From an uncultured Treponemataceae bacterium (GTDB taxonomy: Bacteria > Spirochaetota > Spirochaetia > Treponematales > Treponemataceae): 64,000 nt of DNA. The notes under the pieces were generated by a model. It searched no databases, was not told the DNA's origin, and saw nothing but the letters and a program-made list of their open reading frames with translations. Numbering within the stretch: the stretch's first letter is position 1; each line of letters starts with the position of its first letter. The DNA lies in NCBI GenBank assembly GCA_964369735.1, contig CAYJFX010000001.1:346-64345 (forward strand), in the 5' to 3' direction. Shown one piece after another: positions 1 to 9,993 of this stretch. A program made the translations under genes and the position numbers.

Positions 1-1
1 T

Positions 2-742
2 AAAGCAGCAGGCGAATCAATGATTGTTCCTGAAAAATATTCTGTAAACAATATTACAGGTACGCTCAATATTTTAAACTCTGCAGTAAAACATGACTGC
101 AAATACATGGTGTTTTCTTCTTCGGCAGCAGTTTTTGGTGAACCCCAATACTTACCCATAGACGAAAACCATCCAAAAAACCCAGAGAACTACTACGGCT
201 TTACAAAACTTGATATAGAAAGTTATATGGATTGGTACGATAAACTTAAAGGGTTAAAATTCGCATCTCTTCGCTATTTTAATGCGGCAGGTTATGACCC
301 AGATGGAGTTTTAACAGGTTTAGAGCAAAACCCTGCAAACCTCCTACCTGTAATTATGGAAGTTGCTTGTGGCATGAGAAAAGAACTACAAGTATTTGGA
401 CAAGATTACGACACAAGAGATGGAACCTGTATTAGAGACTATGTACATGTTAAAGACCTTGCCATTGCGCATGTTAAAGCCCTTAATGTTATTTCAAAAA
501 CCAACGAAAGCCTAAAAGTAAACCTCGGAAGCGAAGTGGGCATTACGGTTACCGAAATGCTCGAGGCAGCACGGCGCATAACAGGAAAAGAAATACCTAC
601 AAAATATGTAGAGCGCCGAGCGGGAGATCCTGCTTGTCTTTATGCAACCTCTGCCTTTGCACGAGAAAAGCTCAATTGGAAAGCAGAAAACTCCGATGTT
701 GATACCCTCGTGCAATCAACCTGGAATGTGTATAATAAGTAG
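2..742 (+). CDS. galE: UDP-glucose 4-epimerase, 5' end cut by the window edge
   Basis: The frame is open from nt 2 (KAAGESMIVPEKY...). It has the SDR YxxxK motif (YGFTKLD) and a GalE-like C-terminal half (RYFNAAG, DYDTRDGTCIRDYVHV). Confidence 0.9.
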   Translation, partial: KAAGESMIVPEKYSVNNITGTLNILNSAVKHDCKYMVFSSSAAVFGEPQYLPIDENHPKNPENYYGFTKLDIESYMDWYDKLKGLKFASLRYFNAAGYDPDGVLTGLEQNPANLLPVIMEVACGMRKELQVFGQDYDTRDGTCIRDYVHVKDLAIAHVKALNVISKTNESLKVNLGSEVGITVTEMLEAARRITGKEIPTKYVERRAGDPACLYATSAFAREKLNWKAENSDVDTLVQSTWNVYNK

Positions 743-747
743 GAAAA

Positions 748-1974
748 ATGGAAAACTTTGATACAATACTTTCATTCATTGAAAAAAGCAAAGATACTAT
801 TATTGATTTACAAACAACACTCACCGCAAAAATCGCAATCGCCCCAGAAAGCGGTGGAGATGGTGAGCTTGAAAAAGTTCTTGCCTTAGAAGAATGGCTA
901 AAGGCGAATAACATTACTACCTTAGAGCGCTTTGATGCGCCCGATTCACGCGTATCGAGTGGCATTCGCCCAAATCTCGTTGCGACAATTGAAGGTGAAA
1001 GTGATGAAAAAACTATTTGGATTATGTCGCACACTGATGTTGTTCCAGAAGGGGAACTTTCTCAATGGGAACATAGTCCTTGGGAAGTAGTAGAAAAAGA
1101 GGGAAAGCTCTATGGAAGAGGCGTAGAAGATAACCAACAAGGCTTGGTTTCAAGTATTGTTGCCGCCCTTGCCTTTTTAAAACATAACATAAAGCCTGCT
1201 TTTACGGTAAAACTTCTTTTTGTTGCAGATGAAGAGGTTGGCTCAGCTTATGGAATTCAGTACCTTTTGCGAGAACACAATTTATTCCGAAAACAAGACC
1301 TCATTATTATTCCCGATGCAGGGGATTCAACGGGTGAAACAATAGAAGTTGCAGAAAAAACAGGCTTTCCTTTAAAATTTATTGTAAAAGGCCAACAAGT
1401 ACACGGTTCTCGCCCAGACTTGGGATCTAATGCCTGCATAGCAGCTTCAGCCCTTTCACTTCGTTTACATGACTTAGAAAAATTCTTTAACAAAACTGAT
1501 GATATTTTTGAATCGAACTATTCAACCTTTCAGCCAACAAAAAGAGAAGCTAATGTTCCAAATATAAATACAATCCCAGGAGAGGATGTTTTTTACATGG
1601 ATTGTAGAATACTTCCGTGCTATGAGCTTGAAGACATTCGAAAAGAAATTACAAAGCGAATAAGAGAAGTAGAAAAACAATACAATGTTAGCATTACGTG
1701 TGAAGAAGAGCGAACAAAAAAAACTCCACCAACACCTGTAGATGCGCCAGTTGTAATTGAACTAACAAGGGCTATAAAAGAGTTACGTGGAATCACTGCA
1801 CGTCCAATAGGAATAGGCGGTGGAACGGTTGGAGCCTTTTTACGACTTGAAGGATATAATGCAGTTGTATGGGCAACTTTAGAAGAAACAGCCCATATGC
1901 CAAATGAAAACTCGTCAATAAAAAACACAATAGAAGATGCAAAGGTATTTGCATACATTTTTGGAGGTCAATAA
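748..1974 (+). CDS. M20 family metallopeptidase (ArgE/DapE-like)
   Basis: M20 metal-site motifs are present: SHTDVVPEG, GRGVEDNQQG and FVADEEVGS. It starts 6 nt after the galE stop. Confidence 0.85.
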   Translation: MENFDTILSFIEKSKDTIIDLQTTLTAKIAIAPESGGDGELEKVLALEEWLKANNITTLERFDAPDSRVSSGIRPNLVATIEGESDEKTIWIMSHTDVVPEGELSQWEHSPWEVVEKEGKLYGRGVEDNQQGLVSSIVAALAFLKHNIKPAFTVKLLFVADEEVGSAYGIQYLLREHNLFRKQDLIIIPDAGDSTGETIEVAEKTGFPLKFIVKGQQVHGSRPDLGSNACIAASALSLRLHDLEKFFNKTDDIFESNYSTFQPTKREANVPNINTIPGEDVFYMDCRILPCYELEDIRKEITKRIREVEKQYNVSITCEEERTKKTPPTPVDAPVVIELTRAIKELRGITARPIGIGGGTVGAFLRLEGYNAVVWATLEETAHMPNENSSIKNTIEDAKVFAYIFGGQ

Positions 1975-1975
1975 T

Positions 1976-2578
1976 ATGAAAACAGTAAAAATTTTAGCTC
2001 TTTTGTGCCTAACAGCACTCGTATTTAGTTGTGCATCAACAAAGGTAGAACGCATTGATGCAGAAACTCAAACTGATTTAAGCGGGTATTGGAATGACAC
2101 CGATGTTAGACTTGTAGCAAACTCGCTCGTTGAAGAATGCGTTGCAGCCCCTGCTATTACCAACTATATCCAAAACAATGGAGAGCTCCCAGTTGTTATT
2201 GTTGGTACATTTAGCAATCAAAGTGATGAGCACTTGGATACATCTATTCTTTCTCAAAAATTTGAAGCAGCACTTATAAACAGTGGAAGAGTAGAGTTTG
2301 TTGCAGATGCAAGTCAACGTGATGAAATCAGGCAAGAACGTCTTGAACAACAAGAATGGGCAAGCGAAGAAACTGCAAGTAGACTAGCAAATGAAACAGG
2401 CGCAGACTTTATGCTCGTAGGCTCTGTAAAAACAATTGTAGATGCCATAGATAACGAAGCAACAAGAACTTATTATGTAACAGCTGAACTCATTGCTATC
2501 GAAACAAACCGCAAGCTTTGGGTAGGTGAAAACTCAGAAATTAAAAAGTTTATTACAAACCCTAAAACACGATTTTAA
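1976..2578 (+). CDS. LpoB-like (COG3417-type) lipoprotein
   Basis: I chose the ATG at 1976 because GGAGG lies 8 nt upstream; the track ORF starts earlier at 1937. Signal peptide with lipobox LVFSC. LpoB/TolB-N-like core (PVVIVGTFSNQSDEHLD, ADFMLVGSV, YYVTAELIAIETNRKLW). Confidence 0.75.
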   Translation: MKTVKILALLCLTALVFSCASTKVERIDAETQTDLSGYWNDTDVRLVANSLVEECVAAPAITNYIQNNGELPVVIVGTFSNQSDEHLDTSILSQKFEAALINSGRVEFVADASQRDEIRQERLEQQEWASEETASRLANETGADFMLVGSVKTIVDAIDNEATRTYYVTAELIAIETNRKLWVGENSEIKKFITNPKTRF

Positions 2579-2581
2579 TGT

Positions 2582-3988
2582 ATGTTTACACAATTGAGAA
2601 ACAATAAAAACCATTTCTCATCAACTCAAAGCCATTTTCTCCCTGGAAAATGGCTTAATATTTCTTTATCAATTATTTTTTGTGTATCTCTTTTTATACT
2701 AATCTCTTGTGCGTCTACGAGAGACTTTGAAAGCATCGATACACAAGTCGGTCAAGGGGACTTTTCAACAGCCTACATTTCATTAGAGTCTCAAAAAGGA
2801 ACCCTTTATAAACAAACTGATAAAGTATTATATGCTTTAGACTCAGGTATGCTTTCAAGGTATAATGGTGATTATGTAATATCAAATGAGCATCTTTCTA
2901 ATGCAGAACAACTTATTCAAGAATATTTTGCAATAAGCATAACTCAAACAATTGGTTCATATGTACTTAATGATACTATAGTAGATTATGCAGGAGAAGA
3001 CTTTGAAGATATTTACACAAACCTCTTCATGGCGCTCAATTACATTCAGCTTGGAAACACAGAGGGAGCCTTTGTAGAAATTAGGCGCTTTAATAATAAG
3101 CTACAGCTACTATCAACAAAATATGCACCAGCTTTAGAACATGCTCGTGCGCAAACACAACGAGAGGGCTATAACGCTGACTCTCTTTTGCCATCTGGAC
3201 AATCCTTTGAAACTATGGAGTTTTATGACTCAGCCTTTGCGCGATATGTAAGCCTTCTGTTGTACCGCTCTATTGGAAGAATGGACTCTGCGCAAATTGA
3301 TAAAAACTTTATAGAAAAAGCATTTACAAACCAAGCCCAACTTTATCCTTTTCCCGTTCCAAAAGCAGTTCAAGAAGAGTTCTCTATCCCAACTGACAAA
3401 GAGCGGCTCAATATTTTTTGTTATACGGGTACAGCCCCCGAAAAGCGAGAAGAAACAGTGAGGCTCCCAGGCCTAATTGACGATACATGGTTTAAACTAG
3501 CACTCCCTATTATGGAAAAAAACTCCTCCCGAGTATCGGCAATTCACATACAAGCAACAGATGAAGATAAAAATATTTATACAGGAAATCTTCAAGTCAT
3601 AGAAAGTGTAGAAAACATAGCAGTTGATACATTTCAACAAAGACAAGGTCTAATATACCTAAAAACAATCCTCCGCGCAATATCAAAAACTGCCGTAAAT
3701 GCGGGCGTTACAAGCGCGATGCAACAAAGTGACGCTGCGCAGTGGGCTTCTTTGTTTAATATTTTTGCAAATCTATTTACTGAATTTTCTGAACAGGCAG
3801 ATATACGATCTTCAAAATACTTCCCAGCTCTTGTTTGGGTAGGCGGAATAAACTTAGATGAGGGCTTGTATGACGTTAAGATTACGTGCTATGATGCACG
3901 TAATAATATTCTATATCAACAAATTAGTGAAAAAGTAATAGTTACATCAAATAACGTAAATCTAGTGGAGGCTGTATGTTTACAATGA
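2582..3988 (+). CDS. Large lipoprotein of unknown function
   Basis: 468-aa ORF with an N-terminal hydrophobic segment ending in lipobox LISC. It lies 3 nt after the preceding stop. I recognise no catalytic motif. Confidence 0.7.
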   Translation: MFTQLRNNKNHFSSTQSHFLPGKWLNISLSIIFCVSLFILISCASTRDFESIDTQVGQGDFSTAYISLESQKGTLYKQTDKVLYALDSGMLSRYNGDYVISNEHLSNAEQLIQEYFAISITQTIGSYVLNDTIVDYAGEDFEDIYTNLFMALNYIQLGNTEGAFVEIRRFNNKLQLLSTKYAPALEHARAQTQREGYNADSLLPSGQSFETMEFYDSAFARYVSLLLYRSIGRMDSAQIDKNFIEKAFTNQAQLYPFPVPKAVQEEFSIPTDKERLNIFCYTGTAPEKREETVRLPGLIDDTWFKLALPIMEKNSSRVSAIHIQATDEDKNIYTGNLQVIESVENIAVDTFQQRQGLIYLKTILRAISKTAVNAGVTSAMQQSDAAQWASLFNIFANLFTEFSEQADIRSSKYFPALVWVGGINLDEGLYDVKITCYDARNNILYQQISEKVIVTSNNVNLVEAVCLQ

Positions 3989-5025
3989 AAAAAAACAAAA
4001 TTAAATTAGGCGCACTTTGTGTTTTATGTGTTAACTTAGCCTTTTCGTGCACAAGTACATCTTCTACAAACACAAGCGCTCCTTCTTGGGTTACCGATGT
4101 ACATGCAGAATATGCAGAGTCTAATTATCTTGGAGCTGTAGGACACGCACAAGATCGCTCGACTGCAGAGGCAGAAGCAGTTGCAAATGTAAGCAAGATA
4201 ATAAGCCAACGTGTTCAAGCCGAAAGCACAGCAACGCAAAGCTTTGAAAACAATCTAACAGATCTTAATAGAAGTTATGAAACAACAGTCACAACAAGTT
4301 CCGTTCTTGATGAGATTATAGGTATAAAAATACAAGAGGTATGGACGGCTAAAGATAATACCGTATATGCCCTAGCTCTTATAGATAGAAGTGAAGTCGG
4401 GGGCTTCTATGCGCAAAAAATAAGAGAAAATGAAGATGCCATTAACGGATTATTAAATTTTATGATAGATAACGAAGCAACTTTTGAAGGTGTTGGAGCT
4501 GCCCAAAACGCACTAGCCATTGCCCTTGAAAATGATGCATATCTAAAGCTTCTTTCTATAATAAATCCTGCAATGTTTAAGTCAATTGATTTAGCGTATA
4601 AAAGCTCCAACGCCATTTCTGTCCTCATTCAATTAGAAAAAGAAAAAATATATATTGGTGTAAATATTTCAGGTGATGTTGACAGGCGAGTTTCAACATC
4701 ACTTAGCAACGCCTTCAAAAGTGTTGGATTTAAAAGTGAAAGTCTAACAGCACCTCGAAATCCTACCTCAAGTATGCCTTATATCTTGTATGGTGAACTC
4801 TTAATTTCGCCTTTTGAAATGTCTTCAAGTCAAAATAATAAGTATGTGCGATTTACATTAAACACAGAACTCGTTGATATTAAAAACAAAACCTTTTTAC
4901 CATGGGGCTTAACTGGGCGCGAAGCACATCTTACAGAAGATGAAGCAGCTCAAAGAGCGCTTCGCACCATAGAGGAAGAAATAAAAAAAGAATACGCAAA
5001 GGAACTACAAAGCCTTAGCTCTTAA
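3976..5025 (+). CDS. LPP20-domain lipoprotein
   Basis: Lipobox LAFSC. The mature N-terminus (PSWVTD..YLGAVGHAQDRSTAEAEAVANVSKIISQRVQAES) resembles the LPP20 lipoprotein fold. It overlaps the upstream gene by 13 nt. The start could instead be the MKKNK codon at 3985. Confidence 0.7.
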   Translation: MFTMKKNKIKLGALCVLCVNLAFSCTSTSSTNTSAPSWVTDVHAEYAESNYLGAVGHAQDRSTAEAEAVANVSKIISQRVQAESTATQSFENNLTDLNRSYETTVTTSSVLDEIIGIKIQEVWTAKDNTVYALALIDRSEVGGFYAQKIRENEDAINGLLNFMIDNEATFEGVGAAQNALAIALENDAYLKLLSIINPAMFKSIDLAYKSSNAISVLIQLEKEKIYIGVNISGDVDRRVSTSLSNAFKSVGFKSESLTAPRNPTSSMPYILYGELLISPFEMSSSQNNKYVRFTLNTELVDIKNKTFLPWGLTGREAHLTEDEAAQRALRTIEEEIKKEYAKELQSLSS

Positions 5026-5032
5026 AAACAAA

Positions 5033-5054
5033 GCCCTCAAGAATTCTTGAGGGC
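5033..5054 (-). terminator. Perfect 22-nt palindrome between convergent genes; a U-run follows only on the minus strand
   Basis: GCCCTCAAGAATTCTTGAGGGC. On the minus strand it is followed by TTTGTTTTT, so it fits a terminator for the radical SAM gene. On the plus strand there is no T-run. Confidence 0.6.
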
Positions 5055-5085
5055 AAAGTACGCAAGCTCTTTCACCGATATCTTT

Positions 5086-6750
5086 TTAATCATCAAAAAT
5101 TATTGTATATATCTCGCCAGTTCTTTTTTCAACTTCTTTACTCACCTCAACCGTACAGGAAAATGCTTCCGCATGCTTAACAAAATATTTTGGATCTTGA
5201 CTGTACGGACTTAATAGGTCATCAGGGTGGTAGTTAAGATGTACCGTAGACTCTGTTCCTTCTGCAATGTACCTAGATACTGCAGCATTTAAATCGATAA
5301 TATCAAGCGAAAACCGAATGAGATGTTTTACATTTGCCTTTGTATAGAGCCCTTTTATAAAATCTTTTTGTAATAAAACTATGTCATCAAACGAAAGGTT
5401 TTTATCCTTAGTTATGCCATTTGTCTTTATAAAACTCATAAATTCAATTATAATTTGCGAAGGCCTTTTTTGTAGTGGCTTTATTAAAGATAAAAACCAT
5501 GGCACCGCCCTTCCTTGAGTATAGAAAAGAGATGCAGCAAAAGAAAAAGTTTTAGCTTTTTCAATGTCGCTTTTTGAAAAAATTGGTGTCTCTAGTACTA
5601 AATAAGGTGCTTCTTTCATAAAAGAAAGCCTTAATTCCTCTGCCCTATCAAAAAGGTCTGTGCCAGGTAAAACTGCTAGTTGAAATATTTCAATATGGTT
5701 AGGATAGAGCTCTAATGCAAAGTCAATGCTTTTTAAAAATGATTCGTAGGTTTCTCCTGGCAAGCCATAAATTACATCAAAACCAAAAACAACCCCGGCA
5801 TCATTTAATAGGGCAATATTTCTAACAAAATCTTTTTTGTTAAACGGCCTGTTTACTAATGATAAAACTTTTTCATTAGAAGACTGAAGTCCTATTTGAA
5901 GCGAGCACAAAATTTTTGAAAAAGCTTGTACGAGGGATTTGTCTAAAAGCTCTGCCCTGCATTCAAAATGAAAAAAAATATCAGGAGCTTTCTTTTCAAT
6001 GTATCTAAGTAAGTCAAGAGCCCTGTTTTTATCAACATTATAGGTGGGATCTAAAACAAATACTTGTGCAATATCTGATGCAACAAAGTAATCTAGTTCT
6101 TCATATAGCCGTTTTTTAGGAAAATAGCGTACTTGTTTTTCACCTTTTGACTCATAACAATAGGAGCAAGAGTAGGGGCAGCCCCGTGCAAGCTCCCACA
6201 GAGCCCCTGAATATTTTGCTGCATCAAGTGTCCCATCTACATAGGGTGAAGATAGCAGTTCAAGATTGCATGGTTTTGCAAACAGTACTTTTTTTGTTGG
6301 CTTTTTACCCTCTTCGAAAAAATTTTTTACAACGACGCTTGTTGCATCTTCCCCTTCTCCACATATTACACAATCAAACACCATCTCTTTAGCTTTTTGA
6401 AAAAACTTTGCTTGTGCGGTAATTTCTGGCCCCCCAGCAAGCAAAAGGGTATCGGGGCACTTTTTTCTCACTATCTTGGCAGCCTCAAAAAGAGCATGCC
6501 TGTTCCAAACATACACAGAAAAGCATACAACATGCGCCTTTTTTTCAATTATTTCGGTTGCAATTATTTCAGCTTGTTTTTCAAAAGGTTTATTTTTTAG
6601 AGAGTCTTGCTCCGGCGAAAAATCAATTATTTCAACACTCACATCTTGTATGGAGTTTTTTATTGCGGAAGCCACACAAGCAGCGCCTAAAGGGAGCGCT
6701 TGTGGAGAGGTTTCTACAAGAAGTGTTGCACATATTACATGTTTCTTCAT
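5086..6750 (-). CDS. B12-binding-domain radical SAM protein (DUF4080-type C-terminus)
   Basis: N-terminal cobalamin-binding-like Rossmann segment, CPYSCSYC (CX3CX2C) radical SAM cluster motif, and a long C-terminal extension. Confidence 0.85.
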   Translation of the reverse strand: MKKHVICATLLVETSPQALPLGAACVASAIKNSIQDVSVEIIDFSPEQDSLKNKPFEKQAEIIATEIIEKKAHVVCFSVYVWNRHALFEAAKIVRKKCPDTLLLAGGPEITAQAKFFQKAKEMVFDCVICGEGEDATSVVVKNFFEEGKKPTKKVLFAKPCNLELLSSPYVDGTLDAAKYSGALWELARGCPYSCSYCYESKGEKQVRYFPKKRLYEELDYFVASDIAQVFVLDPTYNVDKNRALDLLRYIEKKAPDIFFHFECRAELLDKSLVQAFSKILCSLQIGLQSSNEKVLSLVNRPFNKKDFVRNIALLNDAGVVFGFDVIYGLPGETYESFLKSIDFALELYPNHIEIFQLAVLPGTDLFDRAEELRLSFMKEAPYLVLETPIFSKSDIEKAKTFSFAASLFYTQGRAVPWFLSLIKPLQKRPSQIIIEFMSFIKTNGITKDKNLSFDDIVLLQKDFIKGLYTKANVKHLIRFSLDIIDLNAAVSRYIAEGTESTVHLNYHPDDLLSPYSQDPKYFVKHAEAFSCTVEVSKEVEKRTGEIYTIIFDD

Positions 6751-6762
6751 AGGTTATTTACA

Positions 6763-8421
6763 CTATTCTTGACTAAATTCTGTATTATCAAAGAAAATCA
6801 CTTTAATTATGCCATCATCTGTTTCATAATAGGAAATATTTACCTCATCACCAACTTGGCTCAGAGATAACTCAACGCTTAGCTCTTGTGGAGCATAAAA
6901 GATTTTGTTTTCTATTCCCTCAAGAATGAAATTATAATTCTGTCCAAAGTCCCCTGTTTCAGATGCAATACGCAAAATATTTCCGCTAACTACTATTTCT
7001 TCACCGCTTTCTTCAACAAAGCTATTGGTAGCCCCTATGTCGCTATTATAATCTCTTAAAGCTTCTGTAATTGTATCCCCAGTTCCCACCAATGTTACAT
7101 TTTCAACAGAAACAAAGGCGTACTGCTTTATAAGACCTGAATTGTCTTTTAAAGTGATAAAATATGTTGGTATACCATTGTGATTAATTATGATAGGGGA
7201 TGTTGCAAAGTACCCAAATTGTTGTACCGCCCCTTGCGCAGAAAGCATTGCGGCATATTCTGTTGCACCACTAATTCTGTATAGTTTTGATTCCTTTGTT
7301 ACCATATCTACCATCAAAAACCCAATGGCAGATTCATCAGCTCCAACAGAGGTTAAGCCTGTAAATAGAAAACAATTTCCTTCTTGGTATACAATTGCCA
7401 TTTGACTGCTCGACATAAACTTATCTCTATTAGAAAAATTGAATATACCATGCACATATTGCCCTTGGTTGTTTATTTGATTTATTATATACTCTTCTGG
7501 TTGCACACGGTCTACCCAAGACGGTATATCGCTCATACTGTATTCTGCAATGTCACCTGTTGTTGCATTTAAAGTAATAACACCGGTTGCCTCAGGAAGT
7601 GAAAACAGCCAGCGGTTCTCATAGAGCGTAATTATCCAATACGCATCTCCTTCATCAGATATTTCAAAAGAATAATCTGTTAAACCACTAAATAATTGCC
7701 CTTTCAAAAGCCTAACATATCTATTAATATCATCAAAAAAATACGAATTGGGTTGGTACTTAATAGGAGTATTTACTAATTCTATATCTTGTAAATCTGT
7801 TGCAGAAACCTTTATATATCCTCGAGCACCAGACATATTACTAAACCACATAAAAAAACCTGAGTGATGAAGCGGTACAGCCCATACAAGCTCTCCGTTT
7901 ATTTGTTGTATTACTGGCTCACCGACAAATACTTGAGAGCCAAGACCAGGGTCTTCACCGAGCTTTCTATCTGCGAGAGTTCTTGCCAAAACTTTATCAA
8001 CAATAGGCACTTGGCTCAAATCAACCAATTGAACATCATCTGAAAAATCTGTTAAAACGCTTTCACCAAACTGATCTCTATACGCCCTATAATTAAAAAG
8101 TGCCATAGAAGCAATGGAAACGAGAAAAAAAGATACCCAAATAATTGCTAGTACAATTACTCTCTTTTTTGCCCTTTTTACCATCGGTCTAATATCAATT
8201 TTCTCCTGCCCCGAAGAAATAGCTACTAGGTTTAATCCACGCACTACTTCTAAAGAATTTATAACGAGATAGGATGTTATTACAATAAGCAATGTCCATG
8301 CACTTGAAGCATAGGAAAGATTTATAGCTATTGGATTTACAATATATGCTATTGCCCAAAAAAGTGTTAAAAGAATATTAAGGCTTCCTTTACTCCGTAA
8401 AATTCGCTGTTTTAATGTCAT
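6763..8421 (-). CDS. Membrane protein, unknown function (N-terminal TM helices plus a large extracytoplasmic domain)
   Basis: 552-aa ORF with 3-4 hydrophobic helices in the first ~110 aa, followed by a soluble domain. It lies 12 nt upstream of the radical SAM gene on the same strand. Confidence 0.65.
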   Translation of the reverse strand: MTLKQRILRSKGSLNILLTLFWAIAYIVNPIAINLSYASSAWTLLIVITSYLVINSLEVVRGLNLVAISSGQEKIDIRPMVKRAKKRVIVLAIIWVSFFLVSIASMALFNYRAYRDQFGESVLTDFSDDVQLVDLSQVPIVDKVLARTLADRKLGEDPGLGSQVFVGEPVIQQINGELVWAVPLHHSGFFMWFSNMSGARGYIKVSATDLQDIELVNTPIKYQPNSYFFDDINRYVRLLKGQLFSGLTDYSFEISDEGDAYWIITLYENRWLFSLPEATGVITLNATTGDIAEYSMSDIPSWVDRVQPEEYIINQINNQGQYVHGIFNFSNRDKFMSSSQMAIVYQEGNCFLFTGLTSVGADESAIGFLMVDMVTKESKLYRISGATEYAAMLSAQGAVQQFGYFATSPIIINHNGIPTYFITLKDNSGLIKQYAFVSVENVTLVGTGDTITEALRDYNSDIGATNSFVEESGEEIVVSGNILRIASETGDFGQNYNFILEGIENKIFYAPQELSVELSLSQVGDEVNISYYETDDGIIKVIFFDNTEFSQE

Positions 8422-8472
8422 TTTATTATCCTTTGTATATGATATAGGTATTATATCATATTATAAAAAAAA

Positions 8473-8490
8473 AGGTGCATTGTCGCACCT
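8473..8490 (-). terminator. Intrinsic terminator after the ABC transporter operon
   Basis: AGGTGC-ATTGTC-GCACCT hairpin flanked by an A9 run and a T8 run. Read on the minus strand it follows the ATPase stop codon and precedes a U-run. Confidence 0.75.
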
Positions 8491-8495
8491 TTTTT

Positions 8496-9224
8496 TTATA
8501 AAACTGATTGCAAAAATTGTTGTAATCGCGGATTTTTGGGCTTCCCAAAAATATCCTCGGGACTTCCTTTTTCTGCAACAATTCCTTCATCCATAAAATA
8601 TACTTCATCTGCAACTTCACGAGCAAAGCCCATTTCATGGGTAACAACAACCATTGTCATTCCCTCTTTTGCAAGCTGCTTCATTACTTCTAAAACTTCG
8701 CCTACCATTTCAGGGTCAAGAGCACTTGTAGGCTCGTCAAAAAGCATTACATCGGGCTCCATTGCAAGAGCTCTAACAATCGCTATCCGTTGTTTTTGGC
8801 CACCCGAAAGGCGTGATGGATACTCGTCCGCCTTATCAGCTAATCCCACTCGGTTAAGAAGAGCTATTGCTTTTTCTTTTGCTTGTTCTTTTGTCATTAG
8901 TTTGTGTGTTAACGGAGCAAGGGTAATATTTTGCATAACTGTAAGATGCGGAAAAAGATTAAAGTGCTGAAACACCATACCCATTTTTTGACGAAGGGCA
9001 TCGATATTTGTATTTTTGTCTGTTATGTCAGAACCTTCAAAAATTATATGCCCACCAGTTGGATCTTCTAAACGATTAAGACACCGCAAAAAAGTACTTT
9101 TCCCTGAACCCGAGGGGCCAATTACTACAACACGCTGCCCTTGGCGAATAGTTTCTGTAATATTTTTTAAAACTTGGAGCTCTCCAAAATTTTTATCAAG
9201 ATTTTTTACTTCTATCATGTTCAT
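8496..9224 (-). CDS. Polar amino-acid ABC transporter ATP-binding protein (GlnQ/ArtP-like)
   Basis: Walker [10 protein letters not shown], signature LSGGQKQR and Walker [12 protein letters not shown]. Confidence 0.95.
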   Translation of the reverse strand: MNMIEVKNLDKNFGELQVLKNITETIRQGQRVVVIGPSGSGKSTFLRCLNRLEDPTGGHIIFEGSDITDKNTNIDALRQKMGMVFQHFNLFPHLTVMQNITLAPLTHKLMTKEQAKEKAIALLNRVGLADKADEYPSRLSGGQKQRIAIVRALAMEPDVMLFDEPTSALDPEMVGEVLEVMKQLAKEGMTMVVVTHEMGFAREVADEVYFMDEGIVAEKGSPEDIFGKPKNPRLQQFLQSVL

Positions 9225-9227
9225 AAA

Positions 9228-9962
9228 CTACCCCCTATCGCTTCTTGCCATACGCTTTTCAAGCACAGCAAATATCTTTGTTAAGCCGAGGGTCATGCAT
9301 AAGTAAAGTACGGCACAGCTAATTAGAGGAAACCATGCATTATAGGTAGCATTTCGAATCATATCGCCAGCCTTTGTTAAATCCATAACAGCAATAAAAC
9401 TTACAATTGATGTTTCTTTTACAAGTACAATAAATTCACTTGTATAGGTTGGAAGAACGGCCTTTGCCGCTTGTGGAAAAATTATCTTCATAAGTGTTTG
9501 CCAGCGAGTTAAACCTAGTGAGCGTCCTGCTTCCATTTGTCCAATATCGACACCTTGAATACCTGCTCTAAAAATTTCAGTGCAGTATGCTCCAGAATTT
9601 ATACCATATGCAAGAACCGCAACGGTAAGCCTATCCATACCAAGCGGTGCAAAAATTACAAAATAAAAAATCATTAACTGCGTAGCTAACGGGATGCCTC
9701 GTATAACTGTTGTGTAAACATTACCTATGCCGCGTGCAAGAGGATTTTTTGATATTTTTAAAATGGCAAAAACACAACCCAAAACAGTGCCTATTGCAAT
9801 AGCTGTTATCGCAATAAAAAGGGTTATGCCCAAACCTTCAAAAAGGAGCTTCCAGCGCTCCCCTGCTATAATAGTGTCATAAAAAGATTGAAACAATCGT
9901 GCCGTCCTTTTGCAATACTTTGCTATTGCATTTAAAATGACAAAAACCCCGTTGCAGCACAA
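9228..9962 (-). CDS. Polar amino-acid ABC transporter permease (His/Glu/Gln/Arg/opine family)
   Basis: Multi-TM protein with an EAA-loop-like segment, MEAGRSLGLTRWQTLMKIIFPQA. The track start is a TTG, so the exact start is uncertain. Confidence 0.85.
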   Translation of the reverse strand: MCCNGVFVILNAIAKYCKRTARLFQSFYDTIIAGERWKLLFEGLGITLFIAITAIAIGTVLGCVFAILKISKNPLARGIGNVYTTVIRGIPLATQLMIFYFVIFAPLGMDRLTVAVLAYGINSGAYCTEIFRAGIQGVDIGQMEAGRSLGLTRWQTLMKIIFPQAAKAVLPTYTSEFIVLVKETSIVSFIAVMDLTKAGDMIRNATYNAWFPLISCAVLYLCMTLGLTKIFAVLEKRMARSDRG

Positions 9963-9993
9963 AGGTACAACAGGGCGTGTTTATTTAGAAAAA

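Noticed and set aside
5033-5054. The 22-nt perfect palindrome containing GAATTC as a regulatory operator or recombination site
   Set aside because: Its position between two convergent stop codons, with a U-run on the minus strand, fits an ordinary terminator. I noticed no second copy.
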